DNA of 64,000 nt from Fistulifera solaris. Its lineage: Eukaryota. Of this stretch, positions 46,880-59,976 are shown in pieces (positions within the stretch are counted from its first letter, which is position 1; each line of letters opens with the position of its first letter). The stretch lies in contig AP026123.1 in NCBI GenBank assembly GCA_030295235.1, positions 1 through 64,000 on the forward strand. Direction: 5' to 3'. The notes below the pieces were generated by a model. That model was not told the origin of the DNA. It made no database searches and was given only the letters and a program-made list of their open reading frames with translations. The position numbers were made by a program, and so were the translations under genes.

Positions 46880-49874
46880 CTACGCATCCATCAACTCGGG
46901 AAATGCTCCTTTCAGTCGAGCAATATCATTTTCATGCGCCAGTAATTCATTTGGAAGTTCGGCATGGATCGTCGAAGCAAGCAACATAGAACTTTTCTCA
47001 ACCTTCAAGATCGGGTTAACATTATCTTGTACGACCGTTCCCCTTTAAAGTAAAACAGAATGCGTTGGTGTGAGTGAAAGCACCGAGAAATAACGCATTA
47101 GAGAATAAAAAGTTTGGACTTACATGACAGTGTTTTCAAAGCAGTGAGAAACTGCAATCACAACGTGCAGCTCCGAACAATCGATCGGAAGAGTACCACT
47201 TCGACTAATGGCGTCCAACAAATCAAATGCTTTCGTTTTCTCGGAGTCAAGATCACTAGACGTCAAAGTATACGTCTCGGGCGATACTAGTAAGTTTTGC
47301 TGCCGCTTCCTGGTCCACAATTCACTTGCTTTGATAACTGTAGAATGAAGTGCGTTGTCTTTATCGAGCACTTCTAGTTTTTGATCGAGTATTCTTGGAA
47401 TCGATGTAAAGTCATTTGTCACATCAGCTTCACCCTGAAAAGGATTTGTCAAATTAGTACTTGGAGTCTTTTGCTCTGCATCTGCTCCAACTTGAACATC
47501 CATCGAGTCGTAGGCGGTTGCACTTTCTCCTGGAACGGATTGTGGCGGTGGTGCGATGCAAGACATGGCCATCTGCGGGGCAAAATCTGGTTGCATCATC
47601 ATTGGAGCAGCCATGAGTTTTCTCACCCGACGAACCTTTTACCGTCGGAACGAATATACATTTCGCCCTGTCCTACGGAATCAGCATGTCCTCCCGTTTG
47701 TTTGTGCATCATCTCTGTCCTCATATCAGCTTTCAGTGTTTCCTCGTCTAGTTGCTTTTTCTTTTCCGCCGCAATAACGTCTGTTACTGCCTTTACATAT
47801 TCCTTCACCAAAGCAACCTTTTCAGCATCAGTAGATGGTGTAGTACTAGCATGCTGCAACGAGAGCAGATCACTGGGTATCTGATAATCAATGAAGAGCG
47901 ACATGAGATCTTGAGTCAACTGTATTTCTTTAGTAAGAGCATCGTCCGGCAAACCCAGCAACCGCTCCAACTGCGGCTTCAATTGAATGACACATACTCC
48001 AAAGACAGATGATTCTAATTGCATCGAGCGAAAGGACTTGGCAAAGTCTTGTTGCTCGGGAGACAATGAAGCAATGGCATCCTTAAAGTCCTTGGCGGAA
48101 GGTAATACGTTCGTGATCAAAGGAATAAGCAATTCATCTTTGTTTTGGAGAATTATTGCGTTCTTGGGGTTCAGCTGATTCGGCCCCATCATGTTGCCAA
48201 TGATCAGCAAGAAACTCGAGAATTGACGAGCCCGTGCCGCAAGTTGAAACGACGGTTCCACCGGAGATGACTCGAATCGATGCTGGAGCCAGCCGTGCAA
48301 GAAACATCCACCGCGTAGTTCTACGGACGTTGCTGCATTGATTGGTACAAACATCGACGGTCGACCAGTATCAGGCATTTTTCGGACCCAAGTGTAGACC
48401 GGATCGATCTGACTATCAATGTTTTCAATGCTAAGCATACCATCAGGGTAATGATCAGGTCGACGAATTGCATAAGTGAAGGGAATAGGTGCATAATTGT
48501 CACCAAAGAGCTTCTTGTGGTGGTACCTGATGTACTCTTCGAACTCTTTCTCGTTCACCTCCTTTCCTATTGCTTGAACGAGTTGTTTCTTTAGCATATT
48601 TTCGACATAATCCAGTCCTTCAACTGTTTGCTTTACTATAGTGGAAAGGTGCTTGCACAACAAATACGTTGTCGCCTCGAGATTGGAAACCAGTCGCATG
48701 AGCTGGGAAGGAGGAAATGATTTCGACGTATCTGCAATGGAGGCTTGAAGCGAGCGATTCTGCTCTTCAAGAAATGCTGCCAAATCTCCCAGCGAAAGAA
48801 CTAATCCTTTTCCAACAACGGTATAACCGGGGCAAAAATAGTCTCATCCGTAATGCTTCCCAAGTCCGGTCCTTTGTTGCCTGTCCCATCCTCGGTCGGC
48901 GATGCGGGCCTGTGTCGATTTTGTATGCCGTTTTGTACTCGAGTCAAGTAGAAGGTTGAAACTCGCTGAGCCCACAGTTGCAACTCGTGTTCAAACTGTA
49001 CCGCTTCGTCTACATTCTCATTACGACGAGGTGTCTTGCACGAAGGCTTCGTTCGATCGATGTAAAACTGACACTGCTGTTCTTTCGGAGAAATCCGCTG
49101 CAACATCCACGTCAAGTTCATTTCAATCGGACGATGCGAGGTTCTTTCCGCTAAAGGACTTATCAATTTCTGACTTGGACTAGCACCTGTCGCTTGCCCT
49201 GCGGCGATAATGATTACTGTCGAGACGTTGCGTGATTGCAGTTCAATACAATTCTCTGGATTGCTTCCCTTGTAAATGAGCAAACGATGCTGCACCCCGA
49301 CTTTCCAGTGATGCTCTTTGATTTTCGTAATGACCTTTGTGCTTATAGTATCCGTTCTTTCCCCTCCGAGTCCCAAAAGGAGGTGCGCTGCACGGTAGTC
49401 TCGACTTCATGCTCAATGTTGCTTCGGACGGAAACAATATTCTCTTTCAAAAAGAACAGGTATCTTCTGCCTCCAAACGAAGCGTAACAGACTGCTTTTC
49501 GTCGTATACCCACGATAGAACCCGCTGAAGCTTCTCTCCGTCTAATCCTAAACGTTCTAAGGCGTTTAATTTCGCGGCGATGGAAGTGTTGACAAGAAAC
49601 TCGGAGAGCGCGTACTTGTCATCGTACTTGTGATCCTCGTCTTCGTGAGCTAGCTGAGGATGACGAGTCGTATCTAAGATAGTCTTCACTCTCGCAAGCG
49701 CCTTGTCAACTGATGGAGAAAGCAATAATGTAAGAATAAGAAGGATTTCAATCGTATCTTGCATTCTCGTCGCAGAGACGCTTCCCTTTGCTGCTCATGC
49801 TGCGGTTACTGCGCTCTATTTGACGTACCTGAAGTCAGAAATTGTGTTTCGATGAATGTATTGGTGTATCTCAT
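46880..49874 (-). CDS. Large conserved hypothetical protein (~900 aa); introns 49710-49828 and 47043-47123; several frameshifts
   Basis: Chain of minus-strand ORFs. Both GT-AG introns join in frame. Blocks FQLAARARQFSSF, IQLKPQLERLL, YQIPSDLL, AFDLLDAISRSG and VQDNVNPI. Confidence 0.7.
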
Positions 49875-50144
49875 AATTCCTTGTTAAGATAAGCGAATAA
49901 AAGAAGTTAAAATCTTTTGTTAATGAATAATTGTGGCTTTTGTTTGTCGACACTCGGAAGCATTAAACATCGTCGCGAAAAATAAGGGAGGAGAACAAGA
50001 AAAGATCCAGTCGTACATCTTGCCTCTAAGTACGTTTCCAGTTTGAAACGCAGCGTGACAAAAAGCATAAGTAAAGAGCGAGTTCCTGTACCGGTTACTA
50101 TAAATAAAAGGCTGATCGGTTACTGTTCGTGTTCGTAATAATTA

Positions 50145-53100
50145 TCATAGACATAGCCCTAGACTACTAAATTCATTCCTTTTGCTTGGATTCAACTTTC
50201 TTTTCGTCGCACCACTCTTTTGTTTACCTCTACCACCGCTGCTGCCGTTGAGATCCAGATTCCATTTACCATCCTGTTTGCGATTGGTTTCAATAGACCG
50301 CGCTGCTCCGTACGTATCTTCCCCACCCGAATGTTGGGGATTCTTACAGTCACCATTCGCATCCACTAGCTTACCCCAGCGGTTCCTTTTTGTGTCTTTC
50401 ACTCTTAGTTCAACCGGACCATGAGCGAAAACGCACTTGTTCTTTTGCGCATAGGGCAGCTCGTTCCGTAGCTTACATCCCAGTGGTTGCACAATCGTGT
50501 CCGAAATTTGGGGTCTTCGGCGCATCGCTCCAAATTCGTGTCGCGCTTTCGTAAGCTTGCGTCTACCCGTCGTATCCATTCTTCGTCGGAACGACTCCAG
50601 CCACGGCAATGCAGTGATCGTGCAGCTGTACTTCCGTGCCAAATGATTACATCGCCAACCGTATTTACATCCAACGGCAAAGAACTGACGTCTTCAGAAT
50701 TACTGGCGCTGCGTAATATCGTTCCGGCTGCATCAGCAAATCTTTGTGGATCGGATTCTAGAGGAGATTCTGGGATCATTTCCGGTACATTTTGCCGAGA
50801 AAATACCGTGGCATGACGGTCTTTTGTAGGCGTCCCTTCTCCTCGTTCGTCTACTTCGACTACTTCTGCAAGAGCTTTGTCACCAAATCTCTTCTTTTGT
50901 CCGTAGTGAGCTATGTTATATTTCACAGAGAGAGGATCGTCGACAGACAGGTATTCACGACAAAAATTGTAGCAGTGGATCAACAGCCGGGGAAAACGCT
51001 GTTCAAAGTACTCCAACAATCCATCTGTTTTCGACTTGAGGGTGATCTTCAAATTGTCGGACATTTCGTCAAAGTGATGATGTTTGTTCCGCATAAGCCG
51101 GAGTAGATCACGCACCGAAGATGGGTCATACGTACGAAAGCGCTGAACATTACTAAGAAGCTCGGGCTCCAGTCCGTTATCCCAAGAAGTTCCAACTACC
51201 TGAGCAGCTCCTTGTTCTACAGCAAGGAGACGTGTCATGGTCTGAGAAGTAACATCGTAGTCCATTTCTAGGCGATCCGAGAATTCACACAAGAATGCAA
51301 GGCGACGTTCGGCAGACCAGAAGAAAGGATGCTCACATACTTGAGAAGCTGTTGGGCGAAGTAAAGGATTACGCTGAAGCATGGAAGCCACCAAATCATA
51401 AGCATCCAGCGATATGTTTTTGAGGGCGTCAAGTTGAGGCCGATTGTGCATAATGTTTGCTTCCCTTTCGTACCATTCTCCAAATGGGTGCGAGCCTGGT
51501 TTCAAAGTTGAGTAGAAAATACAGCCCAGCGAGAAAATGTCTACCGATCGACTAGTTCGACCGCTTAGACAGTTGTCAGCAGGAGATGAGCCAGAAGCAG
51601 ATTCTGGATTCATGCTGCCTTCCGAACGGACGCTTCCGTCCGACGGTATCCGCCTTGCCATTACCTCAGGTGCCTGCCAACCAACACTTCCTGGACCCGC
51701 TTCAGCGAAAGACGCCTTCTCCCCGTTCGATACGCCTCTTAACGACGACTCATTCAGTAAACTAGCTCCGTAGCTACTTTGGCCAACCAGCTGCTTTCCT
51801 AGTCCCATATCCGAGATCTTCGCTACATAAAGCCCGCGCTCGAACAGTCTGATAGGGCTTTCATCATCTTTTTGACGTCCTTCCTCTTCGACTTTTGATT
51901 CCGCATATCGGCGAGCAGAATATTCGCTGGTTTCAAATCGCGATGCACGATTCGTAACCGATGCAGATGTCGCACACCATTAGCAATTTGCACGAGCAAT
52001 GATCGCGCTGCTGCCAGAGATCTAACTTGTGGTTCGCTGCAGAGTGCACCAATGAGATCGTGCAGCGATAAATCGCACAATTCCAGGGCTAAGTAAACAA
52101 AATCACCACGTGTTTCTTTCAAAAAGTATCGCACAACATTGGCGTGTCCGTCACTTTCAATCAGCAATGAAATTTCTCTATCCGCGCTGGCATGGTAAGC
52201 TTTAAGCATTCGCTTGACTGCTACTTGTCGACCGTCCAGCAGGCCTTTGAACACCACTGTTCCGTGTCCGCCATAGCCGAGAATAACATCGTCGTATACT
52301 TGGATCACCCCACCTTCTTCGGTAGGCAACGTAGATGATGACACGTCCCCACTTTCCGCCAAATCTTTCAGCCGCTTCCGTCGTCCCATTTCAAATGATA
52401 CAACAAAAATCAGCGCTACCGTTGGTGGCAGCCATGAACCCAATATTCTCAGAATCTTGTGCTGTTTTCTCTTTTCAGTTACAGGTATGTGATAATAAGA
52501 TGGTATGTATCCATAATCAGGATGAAACAATGGGACAATCGCAGTATCCTCTGTGTATTCTCCCACTAACATTGGAGCAAACGGATTCTGTCCCGCATCG
52601 AAAAGACAAGCCGGAAACTTGGCATTGCCCGGATGACAACTACGGACTTCGTCTACGTGCACTTCGCCATTACTGGTTATTTCCGGTCGATCGGGGCCGT
52701 CAATGATATTCTCTTTTGACTCGTCGTGCATCGGCGAATGATACTTGAGAGGCATTGCGTACAGTTGTCCTGACGGAAGTGCCGCAATAATTGTTTGTTC
52801 GTCAACTGTTGAAGAGGCCTGGAGCTGTCGCTGAATCTCTCTAAGTAGATACTCCGGTGAGTTGTTTGGTATGGCAGGATCCGGAATGATCGTCACGGGC
52901 AAACTAGAGCCTGACGCCACATCTACGGCAAATGCAACCGGCGACTCAAAAAAGTCATCTGCCATCCAAAGAATATTACTTTCCTGTCGAAACGCCAATA
53001 CTCCACTTGGAGTTGCAAATAGGGAACCTTTGTTTCCATCTCTCGCAAGTGGCAATCTCGAATCCGAGTACGCACCTGGTTCGGGCGGTTCCCACGGTTG

Positions 53101-54060
53101 TCCACTTCCCAACACCATGTCATTTATCGATAAGATACTTCCTTGCGTAAATTGGACATCCATAATACCCCGTCTTGGTTCTTGAATGGATATGGTTTGA
53201 TCCACACGTCCCAACCACACAACATACGTTTCGTCATGAGACGGATTGCTGCACGTCTCACCCGAAATGTGCTGCAGAATTTTCCCAGTGCGACTATCGA
53301 TGGAAACCGCCATGCTGTGTCGACTTCCGGTATAAATACGGCCCCGATTATCAACAAACGGCACCCGTGATACAAGCTCACTCATGGTAGTCGTGACAGT
53401 AACCTCATCTGTGGCTTGTCGATCAAGCATGCCATCGCGGAGAGGAGCTGTCAAATGTACTTTTCCATCAATGGAGGGAACCGCGGACGTTTTCCAAACA
53501 AACTCCTCCTCTTTTGCTGTTGATTTGGTCGTTGTAGAAATAAGGGGCGCCAATAAGGAAGCCTCTGCTGCCGCTGTTTGTCGATCCTGAAATTCGTGGA
53601 CATTCTCTTGCGAAGATGTCCGCCAAACTGTTTTTCCTGTCGATCGTGAAATACCTGCCATCGTGCCATCCACCGCCACCACGACTAGTATGTCACTGTA
53701 GTCCGCAGTATCGTTATTTTCTTCCTCATCCTCGGTTCCATCTGTGGTTGAGTAGCGCGAAAAGTCATCGTAGTACTGTTGCAATGATGTATCTTTTTCG
53801 TTTGTTTCAAGGACTTTGGTCGATTGCCGCATCGGTTTATCATTTAAGTGTAAAGTGGTTAAATCCGCACCTACTTTCCGTTTGGTGTGAGCAGTCTCTG
53901 ACGAAGAAGGATGCAAAGACGTAGCCGCCGCAGTTTTTGCCGAGGCTAACGTTGTGTGCTGCCAAAGAGCCGCATTCAGAAACAATAATGCTTGCACGAG
54001 AACAAACTTGTTTCTGTGTTGCTTTATAGAAAAAGCGCACTTGTCTCTATTCGCCATCAT
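50145..54060 (-). CDS. IRE1: IRE1 ER-stress kinase/endoribonuclease with C-terminal CCCH zinc finger (2 frameshifts)
   Basis: Signal-like segment; lumenal domain (VVVAVDGTM, VPSIDG, IYTGSR); TM. Kinase LGYGGHGTVVFKG, VAVKRM, ESDGHANVVRY, HRDLKPAN, ISDMGL, GWQAPE. KEN domain RDLLRLMRNKHHH. Confidence 0.93.
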
Positions 54061-54373
54061 CTCGTTAGACTTTGATGTAAGTAAGTATTTCCGATTAATG
54101 TTCAGAAAGCGAAAAGCGGTAGAGGAGGGTTCTCCGAGCTTCCTAGTGTCATCAAATTGTCCTTGAAGACTTCGTAGCAAATAAATGAGGCGTTCCGCTG
54201 TCTCGTGCCCAAGACTCCTAATTTGCAAGCTGTCTCCTGGTTAATTGTATAAAAGGATCGATTAGCAACTAAAAATGAACCAAGCGAGGAGCGAAGTGAA
54301 ATATTATCATCATCGATGACGGCAAGCATTAAACGGAAATACTGGTAAGAGCCGCAGCCAATCAAAACTGTTC

Positions 54374-56853
54374 AATATCCGGGTTTCCCCTCAGTCGATA
54401 AATTTCCTTACGGAGGTCTACGTGGTTTCTACGCGTGAAATCTACAAGCAATGCGTTCATGATTTCTTCGGTCGCTTTGCATGAAAATAGCGCTAATTTG
54501 TTATTCGATATTGCTCAATGACATTGTTGGAGAGGTCAAACATGATGCAGCTGCGAAAGGGACCCGAAAATGGATGCATTCCAAACTTTTCGATTTCCGG
54601 GTTCCCCCTCAGTCGATAAATTTCCTTACGGAGGTCTACGTGGTTTCTACGCGTGAAATCTACAAGCGTTGCATTCATGACTTCTTCGGTCGCTTTGCAT
54701 GAAAATAGCGCTAATTTGTTATTCGATATTGCTCAATGACATTGTGGGAGCGGCCGAGAATCGTGCAGCTGCGAAAGGGACCCGAAAATGGATGCATTCC
54801 AAACTTTTCGATTTCCGGGTTCCCCCTCAGTCGATAAATTTCCTTACGGAGGTCTACGTGGTTTCTACGCGTGAAATCTACAAGCGTTGCATTCATGATT
54901 TCTTCGGTCGCTTTGTATGAAAATAGCGCTAATTTGTTATTCGATATTGCTCAATGACATTGTTGGAGCGGCAGAAAATCGTGCAGCTGCGAAAGGGACC
55001 CGAAAATGGATGCATTCCAAACTTTTCGATTTCCGGGTTCCCCCCTCAGTCGATAAATTTCCTTACGGAGGTCTACGTGGTTTCTACGCGTGAAATCTAC
55101 AAGCGTTGCATTCATGACTTCTTCGGTCGCTTTGCATGAAAATAGCGCTAATTTGTTATTCGATATTGCTCAATGACATTGTTGGAGAGGTCAAACATGA
55201 TGCATTGTGGGAGCGGCCGAGAATCGTGCAGCTGCGAAAGGGACCCGAAAATGGATACATTCCAAACTTTTCGATTTCCGGGTTCCCCCTCAGTCGATAA
55301 ATTTCCTTACGGAGGTCTACGTGGTTTCTACGCGTGAAATCTACAAGCAATGCGTTCATGATTTCTTCGGTCGCTTTGCATGAAAATAGCGCTAATTTGT
55401 TATTCGATATTGCTCAATGACATTGTTGGAGAGGTCAAACATGATGCATTGTGGGAGCGGCCGAGAATCGTGCAGCTGCGAAAGGGACCCGAAAATGGAT
55501 GCATTCCAAACTTTTCGATTTCCGGGTTCCCCCTCAGTCGATAAATTTCCTTACGGAGGTCTACGTGGTTTCTACGCGTGAAATCTACAAGCAATGCGTT
55601 CATGATTTCTTCGGTCGCTTTGCATGAAAATAGCGCTAATTTGTTATTCGATATTGCTCAATGACATTGTTGGAGAGGTCAAACATGATGCATTGTGGGA
55701 GCGGCCGAGAATCGTGCAGCTGCGAAAGGGACCCGAAAATGGATGCATTCCAAACTTTTCGATTTCCGGGTTCCCCCTCAGTCGATAAATTTCCTTACGG
55801 AGGTCTACGTGGTTTCTACGCGTGAAATCTACAAGCAATGCGTTCATGATTTCTTCGGTCGCTTTGCATGAAAATAGCGCTAATTTGTTATTCGATATTG
55901 CTCAATGACATTGTTGGAGAGGTCAAACATGATGCATTGTGGGAGCGGCCGAGAATCGTGCAGCTGCGAAAGGGACCCGAAAATGGATGCCTTCCAAACT
56001 TTTCGATTTCCGGGTTCCCCCTCAGTCGATAAATTTCCTTACGGAGGTCTACGTGGTTTCTACGCGTGAAATCTACAAGCAATGCGTTCATGATTTCTTC
56101 GGTCGCTTTGCATGAAAATAGCGCTAATTTGTTATTCGATATTGCTCAATGACATTGTTGGAGAGGTCAAACATGATGCAGCTGCGAAAGGGACCCGAAA
56201 ATGGATGCATTCCAAACTTTTCGATTTCCGGGTTCCCCCTCAGTCGATAAATTTCCTTACGGAGGTCTACGTGGTTTCTACGCGTGAAATCTACAAGCGT
56301 TGCATTCATGACTTCTTCGGTTGCTTTGCACGAAAATAGCGCTAATTTGTTATTCGATATTGCTCAATGACATTGTTGGAGAGGTCAAACATGATGCAGC
56401 TGCGAAAGGGACCCGAAAATGGATGCATTCCAAACTTTTCGATTTCCGGGTTCCCCCTCAGTCGATAAATTTCCTTACGGAGGTCTACGTGGTTTCTACG
56501 CGTGAAATCTACAAGCAATGCGTTCATGATTTCTTCGGTCGCTTTGCATGAAAATAGCGCTAATTTGTTATTCGATATTGCTCAATGACATTGTTGGAGA
56601 GGTCAAACATGATGCAGCTGCGAAAGGGACCCGAAAATGGATGCCTTCCAAACTTTTCGATTTCCGGGTTCCCCCTCAGTCGATAAATTTCCTTACGGAG
56701 GTCTACGTGGTTTCTACGCCTGGACATTACAAGGAATGCATTTCATGCTCTTTTCGACCGTTTTGCACAAGAACAGCGCTCATTTGTTATTCGTTGCTGT
56801 GCAATAACATTTCGTTGTTTTGCAATAAAGCTATTTGAGAGGTCAAACATGAC
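54374..56853. repeat. Tandem satellite array, about 11 units of 218 or 244 bp, with a degenerate right end
   Basis: The anchor A(T/C)GAAAATAG recurs at 54481, 54699, 54917, 55136, 55380, 55624, 55868, 56112, 56330 and 56548. A diverged partial unit spans 56720-56853. Confidence 0.97.
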
Positions 56854-57677
56854 GTCGGAATCGATAGAAGCCTTATGCTGCAGCCCCGCCTTACGCATGG
56901 TCTTTCCTGTGGCTACGACATTGCCCAAAGGACGAGATGTCAATGTCGTGGCGGAAGAAGTTTTGAACAAACGGAAAGTTGCTTCGTTTTGAACGAAATG
57001 TCGTGGCAGGAGAAGAATTTTATATGAATTGCTGTCCGCATTAAGGTCGATCGGCGTATTGATAACAATCGGTCGTTCAGCAATTAGGACTTATACAATT
57101 CATCCGAGTCGTCAAAGGCCATCAATAATGTTCTGTAGGATCTAGGATCAGATATAGGACGCAGTAGACGGCTGCTTTCGGGTGTTTAATTGTAGAAAGA
57201 GCGAAATGGCCTTATTCTCGACGAACCTTGATACTTCAAGCTTGACATGAAAGCAACGCGTGATGAGATTGTAGGAAAAACTTCAATTCAGAGGAGGAAA
57301 ATCTGGACGAGTGGCGATTTAGAAAATGTGGGGGTGCGGTGTGTTCACATGCCAAAAAAATCCAGCAGTCGGTGTTTTTGGTGCACAGAAAATTGCCGCG
57401 CCTGCAATTTGTCGCGAATACAAGATTTATGAATTATGGAGAATAAGGTACCATGAACTAATTTGAATAATCTGCGGTGATATTCCTATCAGACCCCGTA
57501 TAATCGATTTACGGTTGAATTGAAAAGTCAGAAGTCAGAACTAGACTACGCAGTTTCCTTGCATTTATTCATGCTCTCTCTAATATTGATTATCTTTGTA
57601 TCAGCCTTGTTTCGTTCCTCCTTTGTTCTTACCACTTTGATTGTGTGCTGTGCAATGGTGTTCATTGTCTTGTTACA

Positions 57678-58691
57678 TCAGTTTTCGTGATGAATCAACT
57701 GATACAATCGTCGACGCGCTTCCTCAACATCCGCCGGCTCATTTGGACGAAACACCCCGGCGGATCGTTCACTGTCGTTGCTCATTTGACTGCATCCTGA
57801 GCGTTGTCGATTCACCAGAGCTCGGGTGTAATCCGAGCGCCGCATCGACTGCCCCAATCTCTTCAATGTGCGCTGATACTGCACCTGCAGCTCAAAAGCG
57901 TCCGGTAAACTAATCGAAGAGTTACTCGCTTCCGGCGTAACACGAAAAGCCGGCGCACTGCGCGTGTTACTGCTCTGGACGGTGTGGCTGTTGTGACGAG
58001 ACAGTTTGGTTTTCTCGAACAAATTGATCTCGTTGGGAACGGGAGATCGACAGGGATCTTCCGATGGTTCGTGCAAGTGCTCTTGCACCATGAAACTGCG
58101 ATGCTGCGTCATGGGATGTTCGCTGTAGAATGAGGGCGCATTCTCCAAGATTCGATCGGGGATGCGTTCCGCAAAATGAGTCGGTGCATACGTAGCCGAT
58201 TGCGAATGCGACAAACGCCCCCGTCTTGAATTTGCTCTCTGAGGAGGATGAAATTGTTGACGCGGAAATTCCTGATGCGTGAAGGAATGCTGTCGCGCGG
58301 GAAGGTGCGATCCTCGAACGGGCTGCAGCGAATGATAACGCTGCGGCTGTTGTCTTTGAAAGTGGGGATCATGTTGCGCATACACACTTGAAGAATAGTC
58401 TTCAGATACTTTGTGCTGCTGATTATTTGTGTGGAAGTGATGCTCATCATCGAGAGGATCTCGATTGAGCTCATCATCGTTCAGAAAATCATCATCCGCA
58501 ACAATCTGATCGACATCATCTTGCATGATAATTCCCGCTAGAGACTCATTATCGTCAAGACTCATCAAAAAATCATCATCGACGACTCCATCTATCACGG
58601 AGTTGTCATCCTCGACCATTTCAGCGTCAAAATCGACCTCGCTGCTATCCCACGGTGTCTCCGTGATTCCGAATGAATCATCGTCTGCCAT
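57678..58691 (-). CDS. Hypothetical protein with acidic N-terminus and C-terminal helical motif
   Basis: Intact 337-aa ORF from ATG, D/E-rich start and YQRTLKRLGQSMRRSDYTR motif. Confidence 0.7.
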   Translation of the reverse strand: MADDDSFGITETPWDSSEVDFDAEMVEDDNSVIDGVVDDDFLMSLDDNESLAGIIMQDDVDQIVADDDFLNDDELNRDPLDDEHHFHTNNQQHKVSEDYSSSVYAQHDPHFQRQQPQRYHSLQPVRGSHLPARQHSFTHQEFPRQQFHPPQRANSRRGRLSHSQSATYAPTHFAERIPDRILENAPSFYSEHPMTQHRSFMVQEHLHEPSEDPCRSPVPNEINLFEKTKLSRHNSHTVQSSNTRSAPAFRVTPEASNSSISLPDAFELQVQYQRTLKRLGQSMRRSDYTRALVNRQRSGCSQMSNDSERSAGVFRPNEPADVEEARRRLYQLIHHEN

Positions 58692-59344
58692 GCTTAGTTC
58701 GTGTTTTCGAAGGTTTTACAACAAGAATAAAGAAAGATGTTTCTAGTGGTAATTGTTGCGTTTCAGTCTTTCGCAAATGCCGACTGCACCTCTGAAATAT
58801 CTTTTGAATGGCTTGCTGTTGTGCGTTGCTGTTGCTGTTTGTTATTATAACACCCACTAAAAAATACTCCGGAGTAATGATGAAGAAAATTTTGGCTGGA
58901 TCCTACGAAATCGCCGTAAAAAAGAACGTGGGGACTTGGTCAACGGCGACAAAAAACGAAAAACGAAGCACGCCCACCCAATTTTTTTTTGCAAAGAGAT
59001 GCCGTCTTTTGGTGCAAATGACGACGAACGACGAGCAAGGAAGTCTGACAAAACTAGTGCAACGTACCTACATCTTAGGTATATAGAAAAGATTTTTAGT
59101 ACACAAAAACAAGCGCGAAAAAGAAAAAAGTATAAAAGACCTTTTAATTATCGAGTACCGAACTCTTATCGTCAATCACGAAGAACCAAAGAAGAAGTAC
59201 AAATGGAAATGTACACTATCATGAAGAGTAGATTGAAACCTTATGGCAAATGTTACTGTACTGAAACTGAAACACGATCGGACGACGGACGGGGCAAGAA
59301 GCAAGAAAGGTGAAAGGTGCAAGGAACATCTTTCCTTGCAAGAA

Positions 59345-59375
59345 GCATGACGCATGACGCATGACGCATGACGCA
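59345..59375. repeat. (GCATGAC)x4 microsatellite
   Basis: Four perfect 7-mers plus GCA. Confidence 0.9.
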
Positions 59376-59976
59376 CTCCGGATTTCTTCTCGCCAAATTT
59401 CAAAGCTGACGCATGATTGGACTGAACTACTACTTGTACTAGAGAGTCTAAGAGTAAGAGAGAACGAATGAAACTAACATTAACCTTAAGGTCGGAATGT
59501 TGACTCGAATGAATTTCAGTTTTCAAACTGTCTCTTGTGTCTTGTGTCTTGTCCACTCGCAAAGGGGCCTCTCTAAAGTTTTGACTTGTTGTTAATTTTG
59601 ACAATGTTGTGGGGAGGGAAATGTGTCGACGAGCGACTTGGCGACTTCCGAAATAACAGGTGAGAGTATCTGCCGATACTCCGTACCCTACACTAAAGCT
59701 ACTACTATGATGCTAATTGTAGATTACTTTTTCTACGACTAAAAATGGATCAGTCCCGTTCAGGGTAAAGGATACGGAGTACGGAGTAAAACTGTCAATT
59801 CTAGCTCTACATCTATCTAAGGGGTCGGTAATATTGATCTTGACTAATTCGCAAGAGGGAACTGCATCGAAGTTTTCAAAAGCAATGAACATTTTTACGG
59901 ATTCATTCGTCCGCTGTCTCTTTAGTAGTCCCTATTTTTTACTCCGTATTTTATGTGCTCTCTAGTACTTTCATTT

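Noticed and set aside
54374..56853. Satellite as a CRISPR array or as repeated 61-75-aa genes
   Set aside because: Units are near-identical 218/244-mers without unique spacers, there are no cas genes, and the context is eukaryotic. The ORFs are by-products of the repeat on both strands.
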